A stretch of DNA of 64,000 nucleotides from Monocercomonoides exilis PA203 (Eukaryota > Protista > Preaxostyla), in contig LSRY02000010.1 in NCBI GenBank assembly GCA_001643675.2, positions 868,001 through 932,000 of the forward strand. Direction: 5' to 3'. Each line of letters starts with the position of its first letter. The stretch's first letter is position 1. Below are positions 21,558 through 32,261 of this stretch, piece after piece. Under the pieces are notes generated by a model. That model was not told where the DNA came from. It ran no database searches and was given only the letters and a program-made list of their open reading frames with translations. The translations under genes and the position numbers were made by a program.

Positions 21558-22619
21558 ACTCAAATAAAGGCAAGAGTTTCCAAAAACATCGATCATTTTT
21601 AATTTTCCATCAAGCCAAATGAAAAGATTGACTGATTCTTATCTATTCCAACATGCATCCATCTGCTTTGCTTCTGTTGCACTATTAATTATCTAAACCC
21701 ACTCCAGAACACTCAACTTCCTCTTTTCAAAGCATTATTATCTTTCGCAATGAAAAATATTCAACAAGAATGAAAAAAAACTGTTTGATCTTGTTTCAAA
21801 TGAAATCATATTTGTTTTCATATTTGTGCATGTTTCTTCACTTCAGCTTTGTATTTCGTTCTGGATGAGCATTTGCATCAAATAAATGTGAAAATCAGAA
21901 CACTTCCATTTCGTTTCGATCAAATGGAATGATTTTTCCTTTGAGAATATTTGATTGTTTTCTGTTTTTGACAAAAATAAAGAATGCAGGTTTTGGCTTT
22001 TTGATATTATCACCGTTTATTTTTTTCACGCAATTCGCACGATTATATCTTTTGTTGTGAAAACAACATACACAGCACAATATCTCAAAAACACAACAGA
22101 AAACGCATTGCATATGCAATAACGAAGGTGCTGACAAAAAAATATGAATAAATACATACACAAACACAACAATGATCAGAAAACATAAAAAGGATTCAAT
22201 ACATATTGGCGAAGTGAAATACATACACACTCTGCTTCTGAAAAATCAAAATGTTCAAAAATGAATCGCAAGCCAAATCAGCCAATGCCCACCCACAAAA
22301 TAGGTCAGCATCCACACCCAAAACAACAAAACAGAAACCCTCAACACCCACATCTCTTTTTCATTCTCCTCATTCGACAATGCACAAATCCCAACACAAA
22401 ACATACAAACGGCTTGCTGCCTTCCTCTCCTGCTTTATCAAGCAACTCACCCTCGTTTTCACAAATGATCATCTTTCCTGTTTTTCCCCCTCTTCCAACA
22501 CCAAATCAAATCTTGCATCCCTGTTCTTTTCCCACTCCACTCTTCTTCCAGCCAGTCTCCAATCACACCCAAATCCACATCTTTTCTTTTCCACATTTCA
22601 TCTCCAATAATTCTCTTCG

Positions 22620-25600
22620 TCAGCCCCTTTTCATCCCTTTCCACATTTCTTCAAAAGCTCTTGCAATCTTTTCTTCTTCTTTTCCTTCTTCTTCTTCCTC
22701 CTCATCATTATCTTCCTCTTCTCCTTCATCTTCATCTCCTTTTCCATCTCCCATTTTATCTTCTTCTTCCTCAATTTCAATCATCCCAGTTGCCCCAATC
22801 GCATCTGACATCGTCACCATCCTTGCCTCCGCTGGAAAAATCTCCAGCAGTTCTCTCCTCACCTCCACAACCCCTGGCCTGTCTTTCCCTTGCGCTGAAA
22901 TGCAACTCCCCACAACACCAAACAACACACTTCCCCGAATCTCCTCCACATCTGGCCTCTCCCCATTCATTATCTTCTGCCCTGCAATCACTGCCTCATA
23001 CTCCCCAAACGGCACCTTCAATGTCAGGCACTCCCACAGCATCATCCCAATCGAAAACACCACCGACTTCTTTGTTGCTCCCATCTTCTTGTTCATCAGC
23101 AGCTCTGGCGCCTTCCATCGCATGCACTCCTTCATGTTGTCATCCTCTTCCTCAAACGCTGATGATGGAAGAGAGCCTCTATCATCATCATCATTATCAC
23201 TGGCAGAAGTGACAATAGTTGATGATGAGATGGATGATGATGAATCATCAGACAATAAGTCAGAGTGCATCACGATGCAGATAACCATGTGTTCAGAGAA
23301 TAACACAATGTGAGGACTCAGATTGACCAGAGATTGAAGAGGATTTTCCATTTCATCAAAGGAGTGGAGTGCAAGGTTGGCCACCCAGAGCAGGATCTGA
23401 GCAGCTGTCTGCTCCCTCTCTTGCAGAGTACCAATTGCCATCTCTTTCTTCGCGTTCCTCCCATGAAGCAGCATGAACAGCGAATCCCTCAAGTCAACAA
23501 TCAGTTTCTCGTGAGGAGATGAGCATGCCATTGCATCCACCAGATTCGACATGGATGATGTGGTTGGACACAAACTCTCCGATCGAACAAATGTTGTGTC
23601 TGTGTCCGAAGTATCTGTTGTTGAAGTTGATGAAATTGATGGAGATGGAGTTCTTTTTCTTGTCTCTTCCTCTTCCTCCTTTTCCAGTGCCCAATCAGGA
23701 ATCTTATCTGAATCTTTTCCCAGAATGTATTCTGTCGAGCCACTTTCAGATAGCAAATACTCTTCAGACTCCGAATGCACCATATTCGTCTCATATACCC
23801 TCTTCTTTATCCTCTCTTCATTTTTCTTCTCTGCTTCTCTCTCTGCTCTTCTCCATTGCTCCTCTGGTGATATCTCCATTGACACCATCTCAATCAGCTT
23901 CGGATCCTTTTTGATATTGTCTTCCACGATTATCTCCAATTCTTCTGTTCGTCTCTTTTGTTTTCTCCATCGAACAACAAACAAAATAAAGCCAATTAGA
24001 ACAATAAACAATATTACTACAAGCACAATGACAATCAATAACCAATAAGATTTCCCTTCTTTTCCTCCTTCAACAACCCTTTCATTTCCACTTGTCTGAC
24101 TTTCACTTGCATTCTTCAGAATGAATGAATGTGTTGATGAAGGAGATTCTTCATTCCCAAACAAAATATGCACACTCACTTCTATTTCATCTCCACAACT
24201 GCTGATAAGATCTTTTCCCATACTTCCTTCAACTTCTTTTTCTGACAAGAATCCATTTGAATCAAAATCATATTTTTCAAGCTCTTTCTCTTCTCCCTTC
24301 TTCTTCACAACTGAAAATGACAGATTACATGGAATAAGAAGAAATCCTTTGAATGTCAGCTTCATTCTATCTGTCTCTTCCTTTGCTCCCACACTCTCCA
24401 GAACAGGAATGAAGAATGATGAATCTCTCTCAGAAACAATCCCTTCAAAACTGCATCCTTCATTTAACATCCAAAGTGATGTGTTATCCTTCAATCCATC
24501 TCCTCCTTTCAAACTCTTCACATTCAATACTCCTGAATCTGAACAGATGATATTTCTTCTCAGTGATGGATATCCTTCAATTGATGGATTATTGTTTGAG
24601 AAATTCCCTGCTTCAATTACAACTCTTCCTCCACCTATTGTTATTCCACCTTCTGGTGAATTCGAGATTGTGGTGTCTTTCATCATCACTGAACTTTTCA
24701 CAACATCAACAAGAGATCCATCCCATCTGCATATCTCTTCTTCTACTGCATTCAAATTCTTCTCATTTCTTTCATTTGAACTCCCATCAAAAACGCAACT
24801 ATCCATTTTCACATCTAAACAATCCTCCAATTTCATCAATTTTCCTTTTGTGGCCTTTGAGCTTACTCCACCTATTGTGCAATTTGTCAATTGAATTGTC
24901 TTTTTCATTGACAAGCAAGATATAAATGATCCTTCATTTCCATCAACTGTGATATTCTCTGTATTTAATCTATCCACATTTAATTTTCCACATTCCTTTA
25001 TATCTATCAGAGAAGTTTCCATTGTTGAATTGCAAAACGTTAATGAATCAATCACTGATGGAAGTTGAGAAGAAAGATAGAACGCTGTTTCTTGAAGAAT
25101 GAGATTTGATACAGAGCATCCATCAAGTTGTAATTCTCCTTTTTCCATATTGATAATGTGAAATGGAATGTTTGCCAATTCTATATTTCCTTCTCCAGTA
25201 GATTGTTTTGAGTCAAATGAGCAATTCACAATTTCAAGAATTCCTCCTTCGGGTGATATCAGTGATTCGTGAGAAGAGATGAAATTTAAATCGAACACAA
25301 AGCTGACTCTCAGCAATGAAACTTCTCCTGTTGTTGATATTACAGAATCCTTTGTTCTGTCAATCTCTGATTTAACTTCAACTTCACAGATTTTTCTGCT
25401 TTTTGAGCTCAAACTCATCTCCTCCAGATTTATCTCACAGCCAATCACACTCTCATCAACAACAATCACTTGACTCATGAAATCTGAAGTCAGATGCATT
25501 AGCCCATGCTCAATCGAATAACATGGAAGTGTGTTTGTTCCACATTGCCTCTCATCTGATCCATTCACACTGCTCACAATAATTGTGTCGCTCTGATGGA

Positions 25601-28600
25601 TAGTCACAAGTCCAATCAGATCTGTATCATTTGGATAATCACATTCATCTCTTCCATATATCGCATTAATTCGCGAATAATAATTCTCTCGAAGATCAAA
25701 CTGAAATTGAGTTTCATTGATCTGCGATAAAATGTTGAAACATTCAATGAAAATATCATTCCCCACTCTTGCAGTGTTTGCACTGAACTTCATTCCCACA
25801 AATGAGAAATCCAATTCTCCTCTTTCCTTTGTTGCCAAATACACTCCTCCTCCTCTTCCTGTGCTGTTGTTACAGCTGCAATGGCTGATTGTTGAGTCAA
25901 CCATCTTCATCGATCCAGAAGTTCCCAATGTGAAGAATATTGCTCCTCCTTTCTCACTTGTTTCTGCTTTGTCTTCTGTAATGTTGCTCTTATTCACAAC
26001 AAAACAAATCTTATTCTCACTTGCTGACTCAAAAATGCTTGGCCCATTGTCACTTTTCTTCACTCCTGAAAATGATGAATTATCAATCTCAATATTTACA
26101 TATTCTTCATTCACTCCTTCATTTATCTTCAATCCTAGTTCAGATTTCTTGATTGATAAAATGCATCCTCTGCTTTCATTCAACGATTCCACTCGAATAT
26201 TCATCAAATGGCAATAGACACCAACATTGTTGATAGAAAATATGCTGTTTCCGACGTTGCATGATTCAATTGACAAATCATTCACTTCCACACTTCCTCC
26301 AATCGCATCCACAAACACACAATCAAATCCATTGTTCACTCCTACCTCTGATTGGAATGAACATCCACTTATCACCAAATCTCCTCCTCTGTTTGAAATA
26401 ATCGTTTTGGCTGAGTTGTCAAATCCAGATGTTAACTGGAGCTGGATATTCGCCAATTCAAGATGAATATCATTTCCTATGAAATATTCCAGTTGACTTC
26501 CAATTGACTTTTCAAAATTCAATATTGCTTTCACATTCTCTTCTCCCATCTTTACACTTTTTTTGATCTGATAATTGGACAAGTTGAATGAATCTCGAAT
26601 TATTGTCGATCCATCAATCTGAATTGTTTTCTTTCCAATCTCCTTTTTCATATTTTTCATCCCTTTCCACATCGTTTGGCATGGCTCTTCTTCACTTCCA
26701 CAACGAGCCACATCAAATCCACTCGATGAAATAAATATCTCAAATGAGTTGCATGGAATCAGAAACATGAACAAATCCTTTTCTTGGTGATAGTTATCAC
26801 TTCCAACAAACAAATTGTCATCATCCTTCATTGAAGAATAATCAAATTTGAATGACTCATTTGCCACAGAACTATTCAAATCCTTTCCCAAAATGAACAC
26901 ATTTTTTCCAATTGCTGCTTTGTTGTTCTCAAAAGTCACACCAACATCAAAAACAAATGGCTTTTCTTCAAAGCAATTTTGGCAATCCAGATACAAGAAT
27001 CCACCTTTTCCATTGCTTGATGAAAGTGAGCAAGATGATGCATTTGTTGATTTGATCACCAAATCTTCGTCATTTTTTAACGTCACTTTTGCAACTCCTC
27101 CTTCTTCACCACTTCCAATGTTCATAATGTTTGAAAAGTTGTTGTTTTCAAGCAAAACAGAAGAAGATAATACCAATGGTGTTTTGGAAAATGAACAATC
27201 TGCAAAACTGCATCCTTTCAATGTGCAACTTCCACTGGTTGTTGTTATCAACGAATATTGAATGGTCGTTGATGATCGAATTTCAAATAAACAGTTTTTG
27301 AGTTGAAGAACTCCAATCGACGAGATCAATGAATTCATTTTTGGCTCAAATTGATTTGGAATCTGCAACTTCAAAGATAACAAGCTGAGTGAAACTGTTG
27401 ATGAAATAATAGTTGTTGAAGAATCTCCATTGATTGCACCTTCAAAATGAACAGGCTTGTGTTTGATTTCATCTCCCTCATTTACACATACATCAATCAC
27501 AAGTGCATCTGTGAAAGAATAAATATCTTCAATTGTCCCTTCATCTTTCACTTTCACTTTCCTTTCTCCTTCAGTCCCACTTCTGTCAATATGGTCAATT
27601 CCACTTTTCATCGATTCGCATGGGAATTTTTCATTTCCACAACCCAATGTGTCATGCCCACCAGTCGATACAGACACAACCATCCACTTCAAACAAACAA
27701 GAAACACTCGAAGATCCATTTCCTCATATTTCCCATCTTCCCCAACAAATGCATTCCCATCCTCCTTGTAATCTGTGCAATCAAATGCAAAACGCTCTGT
27801 ATTCACACTGTTCACCAGACTGCTGCTCTTCACAAACACGTTCTTTCCAACTGTTGCTGAACAACCAGAAAACGATATCGATGAGAGCTGAAATCCTCCT
27901 TCATTCAGACTGCAATCCAGATATATCCCTCCTCCTTTTCCTCCCTCACTCCCATTTTCGCAAGCACATCCAATTAATGAACTATTTTCAATTGTTACAA
28001 ATCCTCCTTCATTCAACGCTATTTTCAGTGCTCCTCCTTCTTTGCTCTTCGACGAAACTGCCCCCTCAATGGTACTTCCATTCATCACCATTCCAACCCC
28101 CATGCTCCCTCCAAACACTGCTGCCTCTCCACTTCCATCAATCTCCAATCTTTCTAGTGCGCAATTCAACAGTCTCAGTCTGTATTCCTGTTCATTCACA
28201 TTTGCTGAGGAAAGAGAAAATGAAAACAACGAGAATGTTGATTTCACATCTGAAATCGTGACAAACTCCAGTTCAACCATCTTTCCTGTTGACTTGATCA
28301 AGAAAAATTCAATTGTGTTTTGCTTCCCTCCAAAAACACTCATCTCACAGTTCTTCATGTGCAACTCTCCATTTTGAGTGCTTGATTCAATCACTGATGT
28401 GATTGTTCTGCTGAAACTTGAAGGAACAACAATCCCAATGAACTCCATTTCTGTCAGTGATGATGATTTCAGAATGCATTCTTCAGATCCACTCAATTCT
28501 CTTTGGCATTCTATCTCCACAATTGCCTCAGTTTTTGCTTTCACACACATTCTTCTAACATCCACACACCCTTCCACCTTCGATTTTGCACTCACAACAA

Positions 28601-31600
28601 TCTCCTGAAGAACATTCTGTGGCCTCTTCAAACGCTCCATCCCATAATTCACACTCAAACATGGCGCCTTCTCCAGTCCACAATATTTCTCTTCCACTCC
28701 AGATGTGCCATCCACAAACACCTTGTCTGCAAAGTATCCATCGATAAATATGAACAAGTTCACATCCCAATCACCAAATGCCTCTGTTCTGTCATGCCCA
28801 ACAATCGAGTTGTCTTTCTGAGTGATGCTTCCCATGAAGGTGAACAAGGGTTCTTTCACAGAAGCGACAAATGATTCACACACAAAATACATATCTCTTC
28901 CGACACTCGCCTTGTTGGCTGAAAACACGATATTGGTGATGGAAAAGGAGGATTCTGACACTTGTGAATCATCTTTATACTCAATCATGAGAGCACCGCC
29001 TCTTCCTCCAGAACTTGTATCCTCGCTCACAGAGCAGGTGGAGAAGGTGGAATCACTCACTGAAAACGAGTTGGCAGAGGCAGATGAGGCGAATGAGATG
29101 CACCCGCCATTGGTGGCAGTCTGTTGGTTTTGTGGAGCTGAGTTGATGTTGGTGATGGTGCAGTTGGCGAGGGAGAGGGAGAGGGCAGGGGAGGTGGCAG
29201 AGGAGAGGACACAGCTGGCGGGGGTGGAAGTGGAGGTGATGTCAGTGATGTTGGAGGAGTTGAGGGTGAGGGGGTTTGTGAGGGATGTGAGATGGAAGAT
29301 GCTTTGGCTGTTGAGGGGGAGATGAGTGATTGCTGTGTGGTTGAGGGCGAGGGAGCCAGCAGTGAGGAAGAAGAGGGGAGTTTTTATTGTTATGGAGGTT
29401 GTTCCGGTGATGATGGTTGTGTTGAGTTTGAGGGAAGGGGAGTTTTCGGAGAGGTGGAAGAGGATGGGGGTGATTTGGTTTGTGGAGTTGTGGGCGATGG
29501 CGAGGGCAGAGACTGTGAGGGAGCCCTGGGTCTGTTGGAAGAGGGCAGAAAAGGCAGAAGAAGATGATGACGAAGGTTGAGAAATACCACTGGAGGCAAT
29601 GGTTGTGGCATCTGTACCATTTCCGGTGATTTTTGTTTCAGCAGCACTGAATGTGAGTGTTTGAAGAGGAACAAATATTGAGCTGAGGAGAGTGATGGAG
29701 GCATCTCGCGTATCTGTCATGAGAACAAGAGCATATTCTATTGTGGCACATGGCTTAAGTTGTGTGATTCCACAGAGTTCAGTGTTTGTTCCATCATTTG
29801 ATACGGTTTTGTATGTTGAAATGTGAGGAAGCCAACTGTTGTACACACTGCTATCTGCTTGTCCATTATTATACACTCTTTTTGTTGGGGTTGTTGAACC
29901 ACAATTCTCAAACGGAGATTGAGTGATTGCATTGCCACTGAAGAACACGTCATTTCCTCTGCCATTTTTTGCAGTGTTGCCATCAAAGAAACAGAATGTG
30001 ATGAATTTCACTCCATTCATCCAAGTGAAGGTTGCATCCAAATAAATACCAGCTCCACCACGAGTTGTTGAATTTGATGTCAATTTGTTGTTTCTAAACT
30101 GACAATCATTGACTGAAAATTGATTTGGTTTTTCTTTTGGAGGCCAATGAAATGTGAGAGAACCAGCAGCATCGCCACCGGAATTCGATATACATTTGTT
30201 GTTTGAAAACAAAAATTGGCAAGCTGAGGTCATATTATTGAGCCAGAAATACCAACCAGTTCCACGCCAATCAGTTATTGAACAGTTTTCAGCTTTGTTT
30301 TCCGAAAATACCCAAACAGAATTTGATTGAGGACCCCAAGAAGTGACTGCTCCTCCATGAGCAGCTGAACAGCTTGTGAAGTTTGATTTTGCAGTGTTAA
30401 TATTCAACAGTTGCCCACAGTATAACGCTCCTGCTTCCCCAGTAGTTGAACAATTATTGAACGAACAAGAAGTGATTGTAAGATTTGCATCTGTGCAATT
30501 AACATAAAGTGCACCACCAGCTGAATGTCCACCAGATGAATCATCCCATTCGCACCATTCGAAGAGATAGCTATTCAAATCAGAAAAGGATAATCTACTC
30601 AATTTCTTTCTTTCAGTTTCAGTACCAATATATTCAACAGGATCATTTGATGAAGAGCGTGTTTGGTGGAGGAAGGATGTGTTGAAGGCAGAGAGAGAAG
30701 TGGATGGGCTGTTGAGGTTTGGGAGGATGGCACCGTCGATGGGGTTGTGAGTGTATTTGAAGATGGTCGAGCGGATGGAAAGAGATGAATGAAGGGAAAA
30801 GGAGGGGATTGTATTGGTGTTGGTGTTAAACGTTGAGATGAAAGGATTGAGTGAGTTTGAAGGAAGAGATGGAGAAGATTGAAGTGATTGAGGAGAGGAG
30901 ATGTTGGAGAAGAGGGTGTTTGAGAGATGGAGATTAAGGTGGATTTGGAGGTGGGGATGGGATTGGTGATGGATGTGGAGAGGGGAAGGGGAAGTGGAAG
31001 GGGAAGCAAAAAAAGATGACAAGGATGAGGATGAAAAAGATGAAGGAGAAGAGGAAAGGGACGGAGATGGAGAAGGAGAAGAAAAAGAAGATGAAGATGA
31101 AGATGAAGAGGATGAGGAAGGAGAAGGGGAAAGGGATGGAGATGGAGAAAAAAGGAAGGGCTGGATGAGGGAGATGAAGGAGGAGAAAGAGGAGTGGGAG
31201 ATGGAGAAGGAGGTGGGGATTGGGGAGTGGGCATCTGGGAGGAGATTGTTTGGGGTGGAGAAAAGGGGGAAGGAGAGGATGGCAGGTTGAGGGGTGGTGA
31301 GGGAGAAGTTTGTGAGTGCGATGGAGGAATGGGCAGAGATGAAAAGTGGAGATTTTGTTGCTGGGTTGACTTGGTAAGTGGAAGAGAAGATGGTGGCAGC
31401 CGAGTGGTATTTGGCAGTGAGGAGTGGACAGCCGCTGAGAGGGATGATGTTGAGGCTGGTCACACTCAAGGAGGTGTTGATGATATTTAGACTTGTTTGG
31501 ACACAGCAAATGCAATTGTAAGCTGGTTTTATAACTTTCTCTGATGGAATGTCAAAAATATTGCTATACCCTCCAATTCCATTAGCAATGTTAATTGAGT

Positions 31601-31733
31601 CTTTCTGTATCTCCTCGTTCCATTTTTGTTGAATTTGATTTTCTTCAGTGCCTTTACCGTTGCAGCAGCTCACTGCAAGCAACAATAACGCAATAATATT
31701 GTGTGCAGACCGTATGCTGGAGAAGCTCCTCAT
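22620..31733 (-). CDS. Giant type-I membrane receptor-like protein: signal peptide, Pmp-like/right-handed beta-helix ectodomain, single TM, C-terminal TKL-like pseudokinase (copy A, ~3037 aa)
   Basis: ATG at 31733 (the track starts at an upstream GTG). Signal IIALLLLAVSCC. Repeated GGA[LIV] and FxxN motifs, and five CG-x5/6-PC-x-[ST] modules. TM YWLLIVIVLVVILFIVLIGFILFVV followed by RWRK. Kinase C-lobe remnant RWKAPE...KSVVFSIGMMLWECLTLKVPF...GERP; no HRD or DFG. Confidence 0.88.
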   Translation of the reverse strand: MRSFSSIRSAHNIIALLLLAVSCCNGKGTEENQIQQKWNEEIQKDSINIANGIGGYSNIFDIPSEKVIKPAYNCICCVQTSLNIINTSLSVTSLNIIPLSGCPLLTAKYHSAATIFSSTYQVNPATKSPLFISAHSSIALTNFSLTTPQPAILSFPLFSTPNNLLPDAHSPIPTSFSISHSSFSSFISLIQPFLFSPSPSLSPSPSSSSSSSSSSSFSSPSPSPSLSSSPSSFSSSSLSSFFASPSTSPSPLHIHHQSHPHLQIHLNLHLSNTLFSNISSPQSLQSSPSLPSNSLNPFISTFNTNTNTIPSFSLHSSLSIRSTIFKYTHNPIDGAILPNLNSPSTSLSAFNTSFLHQTRSSSNDPVEYIGTETERKKLSRLSFSDLNSYLFEWCEWDDSSGGHSAGGALYVNCTDANLTITSCSFNNCSTTGEAGALYCGQLLNINTAKSNFTSCSAAHGGAVTSWGPQSNSVWVFSENKAENCSITDWRGTGWYFWLNNMTSACQFLFSNNKCISNSGGDAAGSLTFHWPPKEKPNQFSVNDCQFRNNKLTSNSTTRGGAGIYLDATFTWMNGVKFITFCFFDGNTAKNGRGNDVFFSGNAITQSPFENCGSTTPTKRVYNNGQADSSVYNSWLPHISTYKTVSNDGTNTELCGITQLKPCATIEYALVLMTDTRDASITLLSSIFVPLQTLTFSAAETKITGNGTDATTIASSGISQPSSSSSSAFSALFQQTQGSLTVSALAIAHNSTNQITPILFHLSENSPSLKLNTTIITGTTSITIKTPLFFLTAGSLALNHTAITHLPLNSQSIFHLTSLTNPLTLNSSNITDITSTSTPASCVLSSATSPALSLSLANCTITNINSAPQNQQTATNGGCISFASSASANSFSVSDSTFSTCSVSEDTSSGGRGGALMIEYKDDSQVSESSFSITNIVFSANKASVGRDMYFVCESFVASVKEPLFTFMGSITQKDNSIVGHDRTEAFGDWDVNLFIFIDGYFADKVFVDGTSGVEEKYCGLEKAPCLSVNYGMERLKRPQNVLQEIVVSAKSKVEGCVDVRRMCVKAKTEAIVEIECQRELSGSEECILKSSSLTEMEFIGIVVPSSFSRTITSVIESSTQNGELHMKNCEMSVFGGKQNTIEFFLIKSTGKMVELEFVTISDVKSTFSLFSFSLSSANVNEQEYRLRLLNCALERLEIDGSGEAAVFGGSMGVGMVMNGSTIEGAVSSKSKEGGALKIALNEGGFVTIENSSLIGCACENGSEGGKGGGIYLDCSLNEGGFQLSSISFSGCSATVGKNVFVKSSSLVNSVNTERFAFDCTDYKEDGNAFVGEDGKYEEMDLRVFLVCLKWMVVSVSTGGHDTLGCGNEKFPCESMKSGIDHIDRSGTEGERKVKVKDEGTIEDIYSFTDALVIDVCVNEGDEIKHKPVHFEGAINGDSSTTIISSTVSLSLLSLKLQIPNQFEPKMNSLISSIGVLQLKNCLFEIRSSTTIQYSLITTTSGSCTLKGCSFADCSFSKTPLVLSSSVLLENNNFSNIMNIGSGEEGGVAKVTLKNDEDLVIKSTNASSCSLSSSNGKGGFLYLDCQNCFEEKPFVFDVGVTFENNKAAIGKNVFILGKDLNSSVANESFKFDYSSMKDDDNLFVGSDNYHQEKDLFMFLIPCNSFEIFISSSGFDVARCGSEEEPCQTMWKGMKNMKKEIGKKTIQIDGSTIIRDSFNLSNYQIKKSVKMGEENVKAILNFEKSIGSQLEYFIGNDIHLELANIQLQLTSGFDNSAKTIISNRGGDLVISGCSFQSEVGVNNGFDCVFVDAIGGSVEVNDLSIESCNVGNSIFSINNVGVYCHLMNIRVESLNESRGCILSIKKSELGLKINEGVNEEYVNIEIDNSSFSGVKKSDNGPSIFESASENKICFVVNKSNITEDKAETSEKGGAIFFTLGTSGSMKMVDSTISHCSCNNSTGRGGGVYLATKERGELDFSFVGMKFSANTARVGNDIFIECFNILSQINETQFQFDLRENYYSRINAIYGRDECDYPNDTDLIGLVTIHQSDTIIVSSVNGSDERQCGTNTLPCYSIEHGLMHLTSDFMSQVIVVDESVIGCEINLEEMSLSSKSRKICEVEVKSEIDRTKDSVISTTGEVSLLRVSFVFDLNFISSHESLISPEGGILEIVNCSFDSKQSTGEGNIELANIPFHIINMEKGELQLDGCSVSNLILQETAFYLSSQLPSVIDSLTFCNSTMETSLIDIKECGKLNVDRLNTENITVDGNEGSFISCLSMKKTIQLTNCTIGGVSSKATKGKLMKLEDCLDVKMDSCVFDGSSNERNEKNLNAVEEEICRWDGSLVDVVKSSVMMKDTTISNSPEGGITIGGGRVVIEAGNFSNNNPSIEGYPSLRRNIICSDSGVLNVKSLKGGDGLKDNTSLWMLNEGCSFEGIVSERDSSFFIPVLESVGAKEETDRMKLTFKGFLLIPCNLSFSVVKKKGEEKELEKYDFDSNGFLSEKEVEGSMGKDLISSCGDEIEVSVHILFGNEESPSSTHSFILKNASESQTSGNERVVEGGKEGKSYWLLIVIVLVVILFIVLIGFILFVVRWRKQKRRTEELEIIVEDNIKKDPKLIEMVSMEISPEEQWRRAEREAEKKNEERIKKRVYETNMVHSESEEYLLSESGSTEYILGKDSDKIPDWALEKEEEEETRKRTPSPSISSTSTTDTSDTDTTFVRSESLCPTTSSMSNLVDAMACSSPHEKLIVDLRDSLFMLLHGRNAKKEMAIGTLQEREQTAAQILLWVANLALHSFDEMENPLQSLVNLSPHIVLFSEHMVICIVMHSDLLSDDSSSSISSSTIVTSASDNDDDDRGSLPSSAFEEEDDNMKECMRWKAPELLMNKKMGATKKSVVFSIGMMLWECLTLKVPFGEYEAVIAGQKIMNGERPDVEEIRGSVLFGVVGSCISAQGKDRPGVVEVRRELLEIFPAEARMVTMSDAIGATGMIEIEEEEDKMGDGKGDEDEGEEEDNDEEEEEEGKEEEKIARAFEEMWKGMKRG

Positions 31734-32207
31734 CACGATGCGGATGCAGGAGAAAATCAGAAAATAAAATATTCCTGTGCCCCATATTATACTTTTTAAG
31801 AGATTAAAAATCCGAAAAAATAGATAAAAAAGAATTTCAAATGCATATAATAATATTATTTTTTTAAAAGAAATATTTTTTTCCGATTTATCTCTTGAAA
31901 TGTCGTTATCACTTCGGAATAATAAAAATTCTTTTTTTTACGTTTCATTCAATATTCAAATCTAGAAAATTTTTGATTAACAAAATGATTGCAATTGAGC
32001 AATCCACTTCATTGGGAAAACGAATTAATAGAAACATTTCTTGAATATTTATCTTGGGGAATGTTTTGCAAATCCATTTTTTCTTTCAATTGAAATCGAA
32101 ACTTCGAAAAAGACCATTCTGGAAAAATGACTCATTACAAAGCCAATGAGGCTGTTTCGATTTGTCAAATGACTTTTTGAGAGTTTTTTTTGAAAAGTCA
32201 TGAGTAA

Positions 32208-32261
32208 TTGACTCCAATCTTCTTTGATGACAAGAAGAGCATCAAAGAAGATTGGAGTCGA
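32208..32261. other. 20-22 bp stem / 10-nt loop hairpin (second copy at 46606-46659)
   Basis: GACTCCAATCTTCTTTGATG (32210-32229) is the perfect reverse complement of CATCAAAGAAGATTGGAGTC (32240-32259). Confidence 0.85.

Noticed and set aside
22620-31733. Bacterial autotransporter/Pmp gene or bacterial contamination
   Set aside because: No beta-barrel domain; it has a eukaryotic signal/TM/kinase-like layout, and neighbouring genes have spliceosomal introns.
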